Positions 1 to 11,904 of a DNA stretch of 64,000 nucleotides are shown one piece after another; positions within the stretch are counted from its first letter, which is position 1; each line of letters opens with the position of its first letter. The translations under genes and the position numbers were made by a program. The notes beneath the pieces are model-generated. The model was not told where the DNA came from. It made no database searches and saw only the letters and a program-made list of their open reading frames with translations. This DNA comes from Octopus vulgaris (taxonomy: Eukaryota), in the NCBI GenBank assembly GCA_951406725.2, contig OX597823.1, positions 116,870,001 to 116,934,000 on the forward strand, in the 5' to 3' direction.

Positions 1-427
1 CTCTGTCAACAAATCAATATGTATACCCAGGATCTGTGGAACTAACTAAACTAGTCATGGGAGAACTGCAGCAGCCCATGGGGCTTTTTGAATGGTACAC
101 CTAACAAAAAATACCCTGACATTTTTAGTAGTACACTCCAGTTGAGGATGAGCCATGTCCCTTGTGGCCCACTTCATCACAATTGTTGCCCATACCTGAA
201 CTAAACTATAACCTACTTGGGCTGATCAAGGGCTTGCAACTAAAATTTGGTAAATGGAAACTGTGTGGAAGCCTGTCAGCAGAAACATGCCTATTTGTGG
301 GTGGTAGACATAATGCCACAATTTGGTCTACATTGCTGGAATGAGCCATACCATCTCAACGAGTTTTTTTTTCCAGCATCCATCATAAAGGCTATCAAAA
401 ATACATGATGCTGCCCTTTTTATTTTA

Positions 428-575
428 TTAGTGGTGGTCATGGCTGGGTGGAGGTGGTAATAATGGTTCCATCATAGTGTTGCTTGTAGTTATGGTTGTA
501 ATGATAACTTTAGCAGCACTTTTAGTTATGGTTCTAATAATGGTTGTGGTAGTGGTTGTGATGGAGGTATAAGGG

Positions 576-614
<39 letters not shown>

Positions 615-1130
615 ATAGTAGATTTGTTCATAACGTCGCAAGATTGTTGAAGGCGGTAGTGTAGGCAGTAGCAGTGGTAGTAGGGGTGATGATAGTGGTC
701 ATTGTGTCGGTTGTAATAGTAGTAGTAGTATTCATAATGACAAAATATTGGCAAAGAAAGTAATGGCGGTAGTAGAAGTGGTGGTAGTGGTTATGGTAGT
801 AGTCATTGTGGTAGTGGTGGTGATGATGGTAGTAATAGTAGTAGTAGATTTATTCATGACAAGATATTGTTAAAGGAGGTAGTGGAGGTGGTGGTGAGAG
901 TAGTAGTAGCAGTGGTAGTACAGTGATGGTGATGGTGGTGGTGGTGGCGGTGGTAGTGTGTAAAACATTCTGAGTATTTATTGCAGTTCTTTACAGAGGA
1001 TGCTCGATATGAATTCATCAAAGGGAATCGGTGAGATGGCGGAGGGAGAAGGGTGAAAGGGAGAGAATGAAGAAATAAAACAAATTTTAACAACAACAAC
1101 ACACAATAACAACAACAACAGCAAGCAAGA
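428..1130. repeat. Mixed trinucleotide low-complexity tract (GTA/GTG/GCA/CAA)n
   Basis: Runs of gtagta, gtggtg, gcagca, caacaa; the ORFs here are simple-repeat translations. Confidence 0.9.
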
Positions 1131-2134
1131 TAAAGATCATCTTTCACTATAATCTCTAGCATGCTGCTTGATTTACAAGTAACCACATCCCCTCTTAATA
1201 TAATTTATCACAAATCTCAGATCATTAATAATTCATATTGTAACAATCCAACTGAAATCCCAACACACCAATTCTTTTCTAAGTTAAGGAATTTTACTTA
1301 ATTTTTCTTCTTTTTTTACCAAATCTGCTTGCCATGCTATGATTTCATCTAACCTTATCCTGCTAAAAATGTCTGGAGGTGTAAAATGGAAAATTATGGA
1401 AGCAACGTTGATTTTTTTTTTTTTTTTACATCTTTCCATATCTGCCCATAATATCAATCATTCTATGGGTTCAATTAGCCAGCTAGAAATAGCACCCATA
1501 TCAAACTACATCTCCACCATCATAACAGGAAAAGAATACATTGGAGAATGTACTCCTAGATACACTGTGCTTGAAAATTGCATAGCAGCTTGGTCAAAAC
1601 TGAAGTGCTTTCGAATATGCTTTTTCTTTATTTACAAATTTTAAATTCCTCAGTTGTCATCATCACCACCACCACCACCGCCTCTGTCTTCATTATCAAC
1701 TTCCAGCGGATTCTCAGAGGCCTAAGGCACATGTATATTAGATGGAGAGAAACTTCTCAAGAAGTTGAGTGTTTGATGTCAGCACGATTTCTTTGAATTT
1801 TGTAGATCGTTGGTTTCCTTGGGATCTGGTCAAAAAATTTGTCAGTACCTTTGTTGGTCATTCCCAGGGTACACAAAAAGAACAGGAATGGTTTTGGTTT
1901 TTAATTGCCACATCCTATGTTGTTATATTATGACAGGTGAACTCTGCATTCCATGGCTACTGATATGCAGACTCATGCCATTTTTCCTTAATGGTAAGCA
2001 GGTGTGATTTCTGTTACTACAGGTGTAATCTCATTTTCTGTTGCTGCAGTTCTGGATAAAGAAAAGACCAAGATTGAAAGCTTGGCAACAGAAATAGTAT
2101 CAAGCATTCAACACCTCTACCGGTTATATATATC

Positions 2135-2183
<49 letters not shown>

Positions 2184-3129
2184 GAAGTTCTCTGCTAGCA
2201 GTATATAAAGATCTAATGTTTAGTAAGAGCAATGATATTCCAAAGGAAACTCGAGGCATCGACAAGGACAAACTTGCTCGTCTGTTTCAGAGGATTTTCA
2301 AGTTAAGGACTACTTTGAATAACTTCCAGTAATTCCTGACCCAGCAGCACTAGAAAAGGGGACTGCGATTTCATGATAACTTCTACAAGCACAGAAGTGC
2401 TGCCATGTGGAACTACTTGAGATGCATGTGCAGTGTCACACCCATACTGCATGTACTTGTTCAGCATTCAAGTATTGCTAACTTGTGGGATTATGTCAAA
2501 CAGCTGTTGTCACATGTAGGGTAAGTCCATCATGAGAATCATCATATAATCTACCTTTAATGAAGTAGAGTAGGTGGTATTCCTCTGTCTAGTGGCTATT
2601 GTGAAACAGGTTGTACAGTGGACAAGGCTGAAATGACTAAGGACTGACACTTTCCTCTTTGGTCAAGCCCTCAATTGACATTTTCAGGTTCCAGTTGGAA
2701 ATAAGATTTTAAGTTCCACTTGAGGGTGGAGTGGAAATTTGTCAAATGGTGAGGAATTATGATAAAAATAGTTCAGGTAAATGAACTTATTCCAAGCATA
2801 CTCCTGGATACTGGAGAACAACAGCTGGGCAAATGTGGTCCAGGTGATCCTGGATCAGTGAGATTCCTTGATTGGTCTTCATTATAGTTTCTTCTGTATC
2901 AGAAGGACTGCATCATATATGTGTTCATATATTTTGTATGTTATGTGTAGTTTTCATCATATTTCACCCTCCTCTTCCTTTCTTTCCCCTATCTCATATG
3001 TAAGTCCTACTCAAATTATAAACTGTCCTAATGTCCTCCTCATCTGATGCCACTGTGACAAATAACATAAAATACTATTTTTATTGAAGACATTGCACAG
3101 TATTTCGTATTGTGATGTTATAGATTAAA

Positions 3130-4130
3130 AATTTTGAGTATTCCAGGGGTTTGTACTGCTTGTCAAGTCACAGCAAAGACCTCAGACAGAGAGTACTTTA
3201 CACAATATGTATGCAGTTCCAAGTAAATACGATTTTTACAATACATCAAGATTCTAAAGTGTCGAGATGTTTCTTCAAGTTGGGCAATATTGAACCCAAT
3301 GTTCAGATGACAACAGAAACAACATTTATCTTTGACTCTTGCAGCTGCCACACCTTGGTGATCTCAGTTTTCAGGTGTCCATATTTATTGACCTTCCCTC
3401 TTACTTTCATGAGATATTGATCTCCTGGTTTTGCCACATCAATTATTAGACACTCTTGTTTGTCCCTCCTAAAGGCTTCTATTGGGTTGTCTGGAGAGTT
3501 CGTGCCGATTTATAGTAGCTTACCTTTCGACCTATTTTAGAACATGGTTGAGTCCACAAAATAGGATTTGGCTACACCTCCATTTAGAGCACAGTTTAAG
3601 CTATCTTTTCGTGGAAGAAGGTTTATGTTCCTATAACCTGTGTTGATTCTGTTACCCTTTAAAATGGAAGATAAGAAAGTTCATTTTCAGCACTTGATGC
3701 TTTGGGAACCAGACAAAAACTGCTGCAGCTCGGCTGAGATGTGTTACCCCACCCTCCATATTCACCAGATATTGCTCCTTCGGATTTCCACTTATTCAGG
3801 TCTCTGCAGAATAGTCTTAATGGTAAAAATTTCAATTCCTTGGATGATGTAAAAAGATAACTTGATGAATTCTTTGCCATGAAACCACCTCAATTCTAGG
3901 AAAAGGGTATTTTCAAATTAAAGGAAAGATGGTGATGCATTGTGCCACAAAATGGTTTGTATTTGGTTGATTAAAAATGTAATGGCAAGTATTTATTGAC
4001 CTTTTTCTTTCCTTTAAAAATCGGCATGAACTTTCCGGACAACCCAATATATCTGGACTTCAGTGCTCTAACACCATGTCTGTTTGGAAGTCAAAGTCCC
4101 AGAGGATCTTTGCCTTCCTGCTTTCATCAA
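3130..4130 (-). mobile_element. 5'-truncated R4/Dong-like non-LTR retrotransposon (restriction-like endonuclease region), split by a mariner insertion
   Basis: Minus-strand translation KAKILWDFDFQTDMVLEH*SPDI (4050-4130) resumes after the mariner as EAFRRDKQECLIIDVAKPGDQYLMKVRGKVNKYGHLKTEITKVW...VVSVVI*TLG, the RLE signature of R2/R4-group elements. The 5' junction abuts an (AAT)n run. Confidence 0.75.
3482..4047 (+). mobile_element. Internally deleted mariner transposon
   Basis: ~30-bp TIRs (ttgggttgtctggagagttcgtgccgattt / aaatcggcatgaactttccggacaacccaa), TA duplication at 3480-81 and 4048-49, transposase C-terminus LPHPPYSPDIAPSDFHLFRSLQNSLNGKNF with stops. Confidence 0.9.
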
Positions 4131-4156
4131 TTATTATTATAACTATTATTATTATT

Positions 4157-4293
4157 GTAAGGCAGAGTTCAAATGCCACTGTGGTCGACTTCGTATGGGG
4201 CCAATAAATGAAGTAGCAGTTGAGCACAGGGATCAATATAATCACTTTATCCCACCCCCACGGAATTGCTGGCCTTGCACCAAAATTTGAAAT
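4157..4293 (+). mobile_element. Meta-domain-like SINE (family B), internally deleted
   Basis: gagttcaaat..gtcgactt..aataaatgaagt..ggccttg..aaaatttgaaa, matching the other family B copies in the window. Confidence 0.6.
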
Positions 4294-5165
4294 CATCATC
4301 GTCGTCGTCGTCGTCATCATCATCATCATCATCATCATTATTATCATTATATATTTTTTGTTTGATTTCCATTTTATTTCATCCTCCAGCTAGATCTTAA
4401 CCCCTATCAAAGTCACTTTCCACATTCACAAAGATGTATACTGAGGAGAATCATGCTGAGACACTGGACAACCCTATGTTCTTTGTCCAAGTCATATGCT
4501 CATCGTTATGACAACAGCAGACCTGCAGACAAATCACTTTGCCCTGTTCATTTCTGTTACTTTACATTCTTAGTTCAAAATTTTGCTTGAGTCAACTTTG
4601 GCTTGTATTTCTCTATCATCAGTATAATCAACTGCTATCTTGTTTGGTCATGTTTTTACAGTATTCTTATATTTATTGCATATTTTCACTGCACCGCTGA
4701 GTGCAGTTCTGTGCACCTAGGATATTCACAATGTTTGTTTTGTCTTGTATTGAAATAACTTTAAGTATTATTGTGTGTTGTGCAGTATCTAGCTGTATAT
4801 AGTATCTATAAATTGATTTAAAAGTAGAGCATGTGAGTGTGTGTGTGCATGCATGTATATGTGTGCATGTGTTATATACATACACACACATACATACACT
4901 CACCACAAACACACATGCATGCACAAGGGATATATATATATGTATATATATATGATAGAAATATTAAAATAACTAAGTCTCTCTAAAAGAGAACAGCGGC
5001 AGCGTTCCCGGAAAATAATAGTTATCGCCATACTAATATGGCATTCTTATAAAAATAAGAAAAAAGCTGTCCGCTTATTAGCTCCATGAGGCCATCGCCT
5101 TAAGTTAGCTATTTGATACACAAACTGTATCCATATAACCTTCGAACAAGGGAGGTCAGTCGCTC

Positions 5166-5243
5166 CACACTACTTGACCGGCAGCTACAGACGCGTTTCG
5201 GAGTATTGCCCCTTTTCAATGCAGCGTAGCCAGCCAGTAGGTG
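5166..5243 (-). ncRNA. Type I hammerhead ribozyme, U3-A8 core variant (copy 1)
   Basis: GCUGCA-UUGAAAA-GGGG(CAAUA)CUCC-GAAA-CGCG-UC-UGUAGC. Stem I extends past a UAC/U internal loop via CUGGC/GCCGG, GG/UC, CUACU/AGUAG and CAC/GUG. Predicted GUC cleavage between 5190 and 5189. Confidence 0.85.
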
Positions 5244-5527
5244 TCGCTTCCGACAATCTCTGTTCGATGGTTTTATTTACCTAGTTTCGGTGGAATACAT
5301 CCACTTGTTTTCAATAATAGAAATATTAAAATAACTAAGTCTCTCTAAAAGAGAACAGCGGCAGCGTTCCCGGAAAATAATAGTTATCGCCATACTAATA
5401 TGGCATTCTTATAAAAATAAGAAAAAAGCTGTCCGCTTATTAGCTCCATGAGGCCATCGCCTTAAGTTAGCTATTTGATACACAAACTGTATCCATATAA
5501 CCTTCGAACAAGGGAGGTCAGTCGCTC

Positions 5528-5605
5528 CACACTACTTGACCGGCAGCTACAGACGCGTTTCGGAGTATTGCCCCTTTTCAATGCAGCGTAGCCAGCCAGT
5601 AGGTG
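5528..5605 (-). ncRNA. Type I hammerhead ribozyme (copy 2)
   Basis: Same sequence as copy 1, offset +362. Confidence 0.85.
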
Positions 5606-5889
5606 TCGCTTCCGACAATCTCTGTTCGATGGTTTTATTTACCTAGTTTCGGTGGAATACATCCACTTGTTTTCAATAATAGAAATATTAAAATAACTAA
5701 GTCTCTCTAAAAGAGAACAGCGGCAGCGTTCCCGGAAAATAATAGTTATCGCCATACTAATATGGCATTCTTATAAAAATAAGAAAAAAGCTGTCCGCTT
5801 ATTAGCTCCATGAGGCCATCGCCTTAAGTTAGCTATTTGATACACAAACTGTATCCATATAACCTTCGAACAAGGGAGGTCAGTCGCTC

Positions 5890-5967
5890 CACACTACTTG
5901 ACCGGCAGCTACAGACGCGTTTCGGAGTATTGCCCCTTTTCAATGCAGCGTAGCCAGCCAGTAGGTG
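5890..5967 (-). ncRNA. Type I hammerhead ribozyme (copy 3)
   Basis: Same sequence as copy 1, offset +724. Confidence 0.85.
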
Positions 5968-6251
5968 TCGCTTCCGACAATCTCTGTTCGATGGTTTTAT
6001 TTACCTAGTTTCGGTGGAATACATCCACTTGTTTTCAATAATAGAAATATTAAAATAACTAAGTCTCTCTAAAAGAGAACAGCGGCAGCGTTCCCGGAAA
6101 ATAATAGTTATCGCCATACTAATATGGCATTCTTATAAAAATAAGAAAAAAGCTGTCCGCTTATTAGCTCCATGAGGCCATCGCCTTAAGTTAGCTATTT
6201 GATACACAAACTGTATCCATATAACCTTCGAACAAGGGAGGTCAGTCGCTC

Positions 6252-6329
6252 CACACTACTTGACCGGCAGCTACAGACGCGTTTCGGAGTATTGCCCCTT
6301 TTCAATGCAGCGTAGCCAGCCAGTAGGTG
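6252..6329 (-). ncRNA. Type I hammerhead ribozyme (copy 4)
   Basis: Same sequence as copy 1, offset +1086. Confidence 0.85.
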
Positions 6330-6613
6330 TCGCTTCCGACAATCTCTGTTCGATGGTTTTATTTACCTAGTTTCGGTGGAATACATCCACTTGTTTTCAA
6401 TAATAGAAATATTAAAATAACTAAGTCTCTCTAAAAGAGAACAGCGGCAGCGTTCCCGGAAAATAATAGTTATCGCCATACTAATATGGCATTCTTATAA
6501 AAATAAGAAAAAAGCTGTCCGCTTATTAGCTCCATGAGGCCATCGCCTTAAGTTAGCTATTTGATACACAAACTGTATCCATATAACCTTCGAACAAGGG
6601 AGGTCAGTCGCTC

Positions 6614-6691
6614 CACACTACTTGACCGGCAGCTACAGACGCGTTTCGGAGTATTGCCCCTTTTCAATGCAGCGTAGCCAGCCAGTAGGTG
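6614..6691 (-). ncRNA. Type I hammerhead ribozyme (copy 5)
   Basis: Same sequence as copy 1, offset +1448. The sixth copy is cut at 7009, just upstream of GAAA. Confidence 0.85.
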
Positions 6692-7225
6692 TCGCTTCCG
6701 ACAATCTCTGTTCGATGGTTTTATTTACCTAGTTTCGGTGGAATACATCCACTTGTTTTCAATAATAGAAATATTAAAATAACTAAGTCTCTCTAAAAGA
6801 GAACAGCGGCAGCGTTCCGGAAAATAATAGTTATCGCCATACTAATATGGCATTCTTATAAAAATAAGAAAAAAGCTGTCCGCTTATTAGCTCCATGAGG
6901 CCATCGCCTTAAGTTAGCTATTTGATACACAAACTGTATCCATATAACCTTCGAACAAGGGAGGTCAGTCGCTCCACACTACTTGACCGGCAGCTACAGA
7001 CGCGTTTCGAAGGTTATATGGATACAGTTTGTGTATCAAATAGCTAACTTAAGGCGATGGCCTCATGGAGCTAATAAGCGGACAGCTTTTTTCTTATTTT
7101 TATAAGAATGCCATATTAGTATGGCGATAACTATATATATATGTATATACATATAAAAGGGATGACCTGTAAGTGGACATTCATCATGCTTTGCCACTAA
7201 GAAAGGAATGTTCTCAAGAAAAGTT

Positions 7226-7400
7226 CTTGCTTGACAACCGATGGTGGTGTGTTTGTGTCCCCATAACTTAACGGTTTGGCAAAAGAGACCGATAGAATAA
7301 GTACTAGGCTTACAAATAATAAGTCCTGGGGTCGATTTGCTCGACTAAATGGCGGTGCTCCAGCATGGCCACAGTCAAATGACTGAAACAAGTAAAAGAG
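7226..7400 (+). mobile_element. tRNA-SINE family A, 3' half
   Basis: cttgacaaccgatg..gatagaataagtactaggcttac..ccagcatggccacagtcaaatgactgaaacaagtaaaag. Confidence 0.85.
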
Positions 7401-7890
7401 TATTTACTTACTGTCTTTTATATTGTCAAACTTTTAAGCTTTATAAAGTCAGCACCTCATGTTTAACATGGTCAACATTGATTGGGTTGGGTTGACTTGT
7501 GGACTCCCCCTCTCTCTCTCTCTTTCTCTCTCCCTCTCTTTCTCTCTCTCTCTCAACTTATCTTTCACATTCTCACTCTACCTCTTTCCCTCTCTGTCAT
7601 CTTTCTCTCACATTCCCTCCAGTCAAACTTCATCCATATCTATATAGCACATATCTGCATCTGTTCCTATCAAATAAGCATTTATTTACATCCTATTTAA
7701 GTTAGCTGACAATGAAGATTGTGCTTAATCCTGTCAATATTTTCAAGCCACTCTTCTTTATCAAATCTGTATCTGCAGCTAGTTTGCATCTAGTCAGTGC
7801 ATATCATTACACCAATATTATTCTAATACACTGGTTATATCTTCTGATCCTGATACAAAATAATATAACACTTATATACTAAACCACAAA

Positions 7891-8120
7891 GGTGGCGAGC
7901 TGGTAGAGACATTAGCACGCTGGGCGAAGTGCTTCATGGTATTTCGCCCATCGCTACATTCTGAGTTCAAATTTCACCAAGGTCGACTTTGCCTTTCATC
8001 CTTTCGGGGGTCAATAAATTAAGTACCAGTTACACACTGGGGTCGATGTAATCGACTTAATCCGTTTGTCTGTCCTTGTCTGTCCCCTCTGTGTCTATCC
8101 CCTTGTGGGTAATAATGAAA
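7891..8120 (+). mobile_element. Meta-domain-like tRNA-SINE (family B)
   Basis: tRNA-like head (ggtggcgagctggtag..gagttcaaatt) followed by gtcgactttgcctttcatcctttcgggg..gataaattaagtaccag..actggggtcgat. Confidence 0.85.
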
Positions 8121-8424
8121 CAGATATATAAAAAACCACAAGATGCTAAGAAAAACCATTCAGTACATTACTGTTTCACAATATTCATGAAGCACTCAAA
8201 GTGGTAAATGTAGAAGGTTTATCATGGGGTGTATTATATCCACATGTTAACATGCATCTTTGTGTATTAATGTGTGTGGAGGGTGGTGGTGGTGGTCTTG
8301 GCTGTGTTCCTTAATTAGTTTTTATACTCTTCATTTATGCAGAATGCCTCAAAGACCAAGCTGTTGTCTGAAGTCATTTTACTCTGTCTACTTGGAACAA
8401 CAATTAGATTTTTAGATTTAAACG

Positions 8425-8720
8425 TGTATGTGTTTATAATATATTGAGGTTCATTCAGATATATATGCATATATATGTGTGTGTGTGTGTGTTAGTGTCT
8501 GTGTGTGTTAATGTATATACATATATACATGTATATATGTGTGTGTATGCATATATATATGTATATATAACACATATACACATGTGTATATATATATATA
8601 TATACACATATGTATATATATATATATGTTTGTGTGTGTGTATATATTTATATATATATGTACACACGCACATATATGTGTATATATGTGTGTGTATGGA
8701 TATATATAATATATATATAC

Positions 8721-8760
<40 letters not shown>

Positions 8761-9035
8761 ATGTATATATATATATATAGTATATATATATATATGTATG
8801 TGTGTGTATGTATATGTGTGTGTTGATATATGTATATATGTATGAACATATCAGTGAATACATATATGAGTGTGTATATGTGATTATGCATGTGTGTATA
8901 TATATATATATGTATATATATATATGTATATATGAACATGTATGTGTACATATGTACATATATGCCTATGTGTGTGTTTGTATGTGTGCATACACACCCA
9001 CACACACACACACTCACACACACACACAAACACAT
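8425..9035. repeat. Compound (TA)/(TG)/(CA) microsatellite
   Basis: Dinucleotide runs that generate the IYIY/CVCV ORFs. Confidence 0.95.
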
Positions 9036-9579
9036 GCACTATTTGAAACCAGTCTTCCATCGCTTCTATCCTGAAATGTGTCTATAGCCATTAATATATG
9101 CCAGATCCTGATGTCTAAGCGCCATATATCACAACTAGAAGAATGCTGCAAGTATTCTGCCATTTGTTGACGCTACAAGAAATAAGAAAACAACAAGCAA
9201 TATGGAACTGATCATGTGTGAGGAATCGAGAGGTCTGCAGGGACTAATATGAAGACTTTTAGAAAGTTTACTATCCGTGAACAATAACAAAAACTCTTGG
9301 CTGCTTCTTGAAAGAAAGAACATAATAATAATAACAACAACAACAGAAAAATCTAGTTACAAACAAAATATAAAGAAACATAAAAATATGTTGATTTTTT
9401 TTATAAGCACTTATATTTATTTTATTTATTTTATTAAATTTATTTTTTAAAATCTAGTTAAACTGCTTTTACGAGTTTTATTATTTTTGTAGATTCAGCA
9501 ATATTGAGGGTCATTTTTGTGCAGGAGAGAAGACAGACATAAACAGCTGAATGGAGATTTGTGAGTGTGTGTGTGTGTG

Positions 9580-9745
9580 CAATAATGAAGAAGATCTAAG
9601 TATGTGAATGTATGTATGTGTGTGTCTGCTTGTGTGTTAATAAAGAAGATCTAAGTGTGTGAATGTGTGTGTGTGAGCGTGTGTGTGTCCTTGTGTTCGA
9701 TAATGAAGATCTAAGTGTGTGAATGTGTGTGTGTGTGCGTGTGTT
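9580..9745. repeat. ~58-bp minisatellite, 3 copies
   Basis: gaagatctaagtRtgtgaatgt recurs near 9590, 9645 and 9705, each time followed by (tg)n. Confidence 0.75.
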
Positions 9746-10252
9746 GTAAAGTAAAACTTGAGGTGTTCCAACATGGCACAGACATTGTTGAAGTGGTGGG
9801 GTGTAAGGGTAAGGAAGTAAGAATTAATTGATGATGGATTTATACAATAAATTGAGTCATGAGTGGTTGGCAGAGAAAAGGTCAAGAAGTCTTGTGGAGA
9901 TTCGTGATAAGTGAGCTGAAGGCAAAATTTGCTCTATTGATCAAACTATGGATGAGAATTTTCACCGAGGCAGTGTGCATGTGTGGGGGAAGTGGGGAGG
10001 AAAGCAGGTGTGTGTGTGTGTGTATGTGTGTGCACATGTATGTGTGTGCACATGTATGTGTCTTTGTATGTGTGTTTGTTCTTATGCATGAACATACACG
10101 TAAGCACCAACAGAAGTGCCCCAGCATGTCCAATGCCAAAAGACTGAAACCTTTACCAGGATAGCCTCATGGCAGTGGATGCATATAAATACATATACAT
10201 ACACATATTCACACACACACACACTCTCTCTCTCTCTCTCTCTCTATATCTC

Positions 10253-10285
<33 letters not shown>

Positions 10286-10363
10286 ATCATCATCATTGTT
10301 TAATGTCCGTTTTCCGTGCTCTCTCTCTCTCTCTCTTTCTATATATATATATATATATATATT

Positions 10364-10740
10364 GGCATAGGAGTGGCTGTGTGGTAAGTAGTTTGCTTAC
10401 CAACCACATGGTTCCAGGTTCAGTCCCACTGCGTGGCACCTTGGGCAAGTGTCTTCTACTCTAGCCTCGGGCCGACCAAAGCCTTGTGAGTGGATTTGGT
10501 AGAATAAACTGAAAGAAGCCCGTCATATATATGTATGTGTATATATATATGTGTGTGTGTTTGTGTCTGTGTGTGTCCCCCCAACATCGCTTGACAACCG
10601 ATGCTGCTGTGTTTACGCCCCTGTAACTTAGTGGTTCAGCAAAAGAGACCGATAGAATAAGTACTAGGCTTACAGAAAATAAGTCATGGAGTCGATTTGC
10701 TCGACTAATGGCAGTGCTCCAGCATGGCCACAGTCACATA
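10364..10740 (+). mobile_element. tRNA-SINE family A, full length
   Basis: A box tggctgtgtgg, B box ggttcagtccc, core gggcaagtgtcttctact..aaagccttgtgagtggatttgg, internal TA/TG microsatellite, 3' ccagcatggcc. Confidence 0.9.
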
Positions 10741-10844
10741 ACTGGAACCCTTGTCGTCGTAACCAACAGAGTACCAGCTACTCTATGTCTACAGTGTATC
10801 TTACATTGACTTACATACCAGAAAATATTGAAGTAATATTGCCT

Positions 10845-11713
10845 TCAAGTTTTGGTACAAGGCAAGCAATTTTGGAGGAAGGATAAGTCAATTAAATCAA
10901 CCCCGGTTTTCAACTGGTACTTATTTTATCGACCCAAAAAGGATGGAAAGCAAAGTTGACCTTGGCAGAATTTGAACTCAGAATGTGAAGATGGACAAAA
11001 TGCCACTGGGCATTTTGCCAGCCAGGTTAACTATTCAACAGCTCACCACCTTAATTATGACAGTAATATTGATTTCAAATTTTGGCATCAGGCCAGCACA
11101 TTTGGGGAGGAGTTATGTCAATCACACTGACACCAGTGTTCAACTGGTACTTATTTTGTTGGCCCCAAGGCCAGCACATTCAGGGAGAGGTTACATCAAT
11201 CACATCGACCCTAGTGTTCAACTGGTACTTATTTTATCAGTTCCAAAAGGATGAAAAGCTCAGTTGGCCTCCACAGAACCTTGGAAGTAAAAATTATTCA
11301 ATGAAGGATACTCCACTAGCTACTCCTCAGACCAAAGATACTTTTGTTAAAACCTACAATCTTCTACACCAATAAACTACTATTGTACATGAAAGATGTA
11401 TTTTATACCTTCTACAGACTGTTCAAAGCTTCCTAACTTCCTACACTTAGATCCTTCGATCTTAAAATTACATATCATTATATATGCATATATATCAGGG
11501 GCATATATTCTTTTCTACTTTAGGCACAAGGCCTGAAATTTTGAGGGAGGGGGCCAGTCGATAAGATTGATTCCAGTTCACAACTGGTACTTAATTTATT
11601 GACTCCGAAAGAATGAAAGGCAAAAGTTGACCGTGGCAGAATTTGAACTCAGAATGTACAGACAGATGAAATACACCCGGCATGCTAACGTTTCTGCTAG
11701 CTGGCCACCTTAT
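10845..11713 (-). mobile_element. Cluster of family B SINEs (10845-11052, tandem partials 11068-11262, 11510-11713)
   Basis: Reverse-complement Meta-like core caactggtacttattttatcgacc..aaaggatgaaaggcaaag..gaatttgaactcag, with an ~80-bp local duplication at 11090-11240. Confidence 0.8.
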
Positions 11714-11904
11714 TAGCGGGCATATATTCTGGGTCTGCTAGGTGTGTGCTGCACACCCACTGAAAATAGCAAATTCATTATAGATATTAACCTTACTCAT
11801 TAATTTAATCACAAATCTTAAGGGAAAACTTTTGTTATACCCCTGCTTGAAATTTGGTGGCAGTGGGTGTGGCAGCACACACAATACAACAGCCAGCATA
11901 CACC

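Larger units (their letters stand above)
4955..7134 (-). mobile_element. Retrozyme/PLE-pLTR-like insertion: 5.7 tandem 362-bp units plus a 129-bp inverted tail
   Basis: Units start at 4955, 5317, 5679, 6041, 6403 and 6765, and read identical apart from a 1-bp C deletion near 6817. 7006-7134 is the reverse complement of part of the unit. (TA)n lies on both flanks. There is one HHR per unit on the minus strand. Confidence 0.85.

Noticed and set aside
4955-7009. Array considered as CRISPR or rDNA/5S
   Set aside because: The 362-bp units are fully identical with no spacers, no rRNA/tRNA signature, and the context is eukaryotic.
9040-9172. Minus-strand exon candidate RQQMAEYLQHSSSCDIWRLDIRIWHILMAIDTFQDRSDGRLVSN after a strong acceptor
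   Set aside because: No convincing donor, the frame runs into a microsatellite, and the peptide is not recognised.
10364-10440. tRNA-like heads of SINE families A-D
   Set aside because: A/B boxes are present but there is no complete cloverleaf, and each is followed by a SINE body, so they are not tRNA genes.
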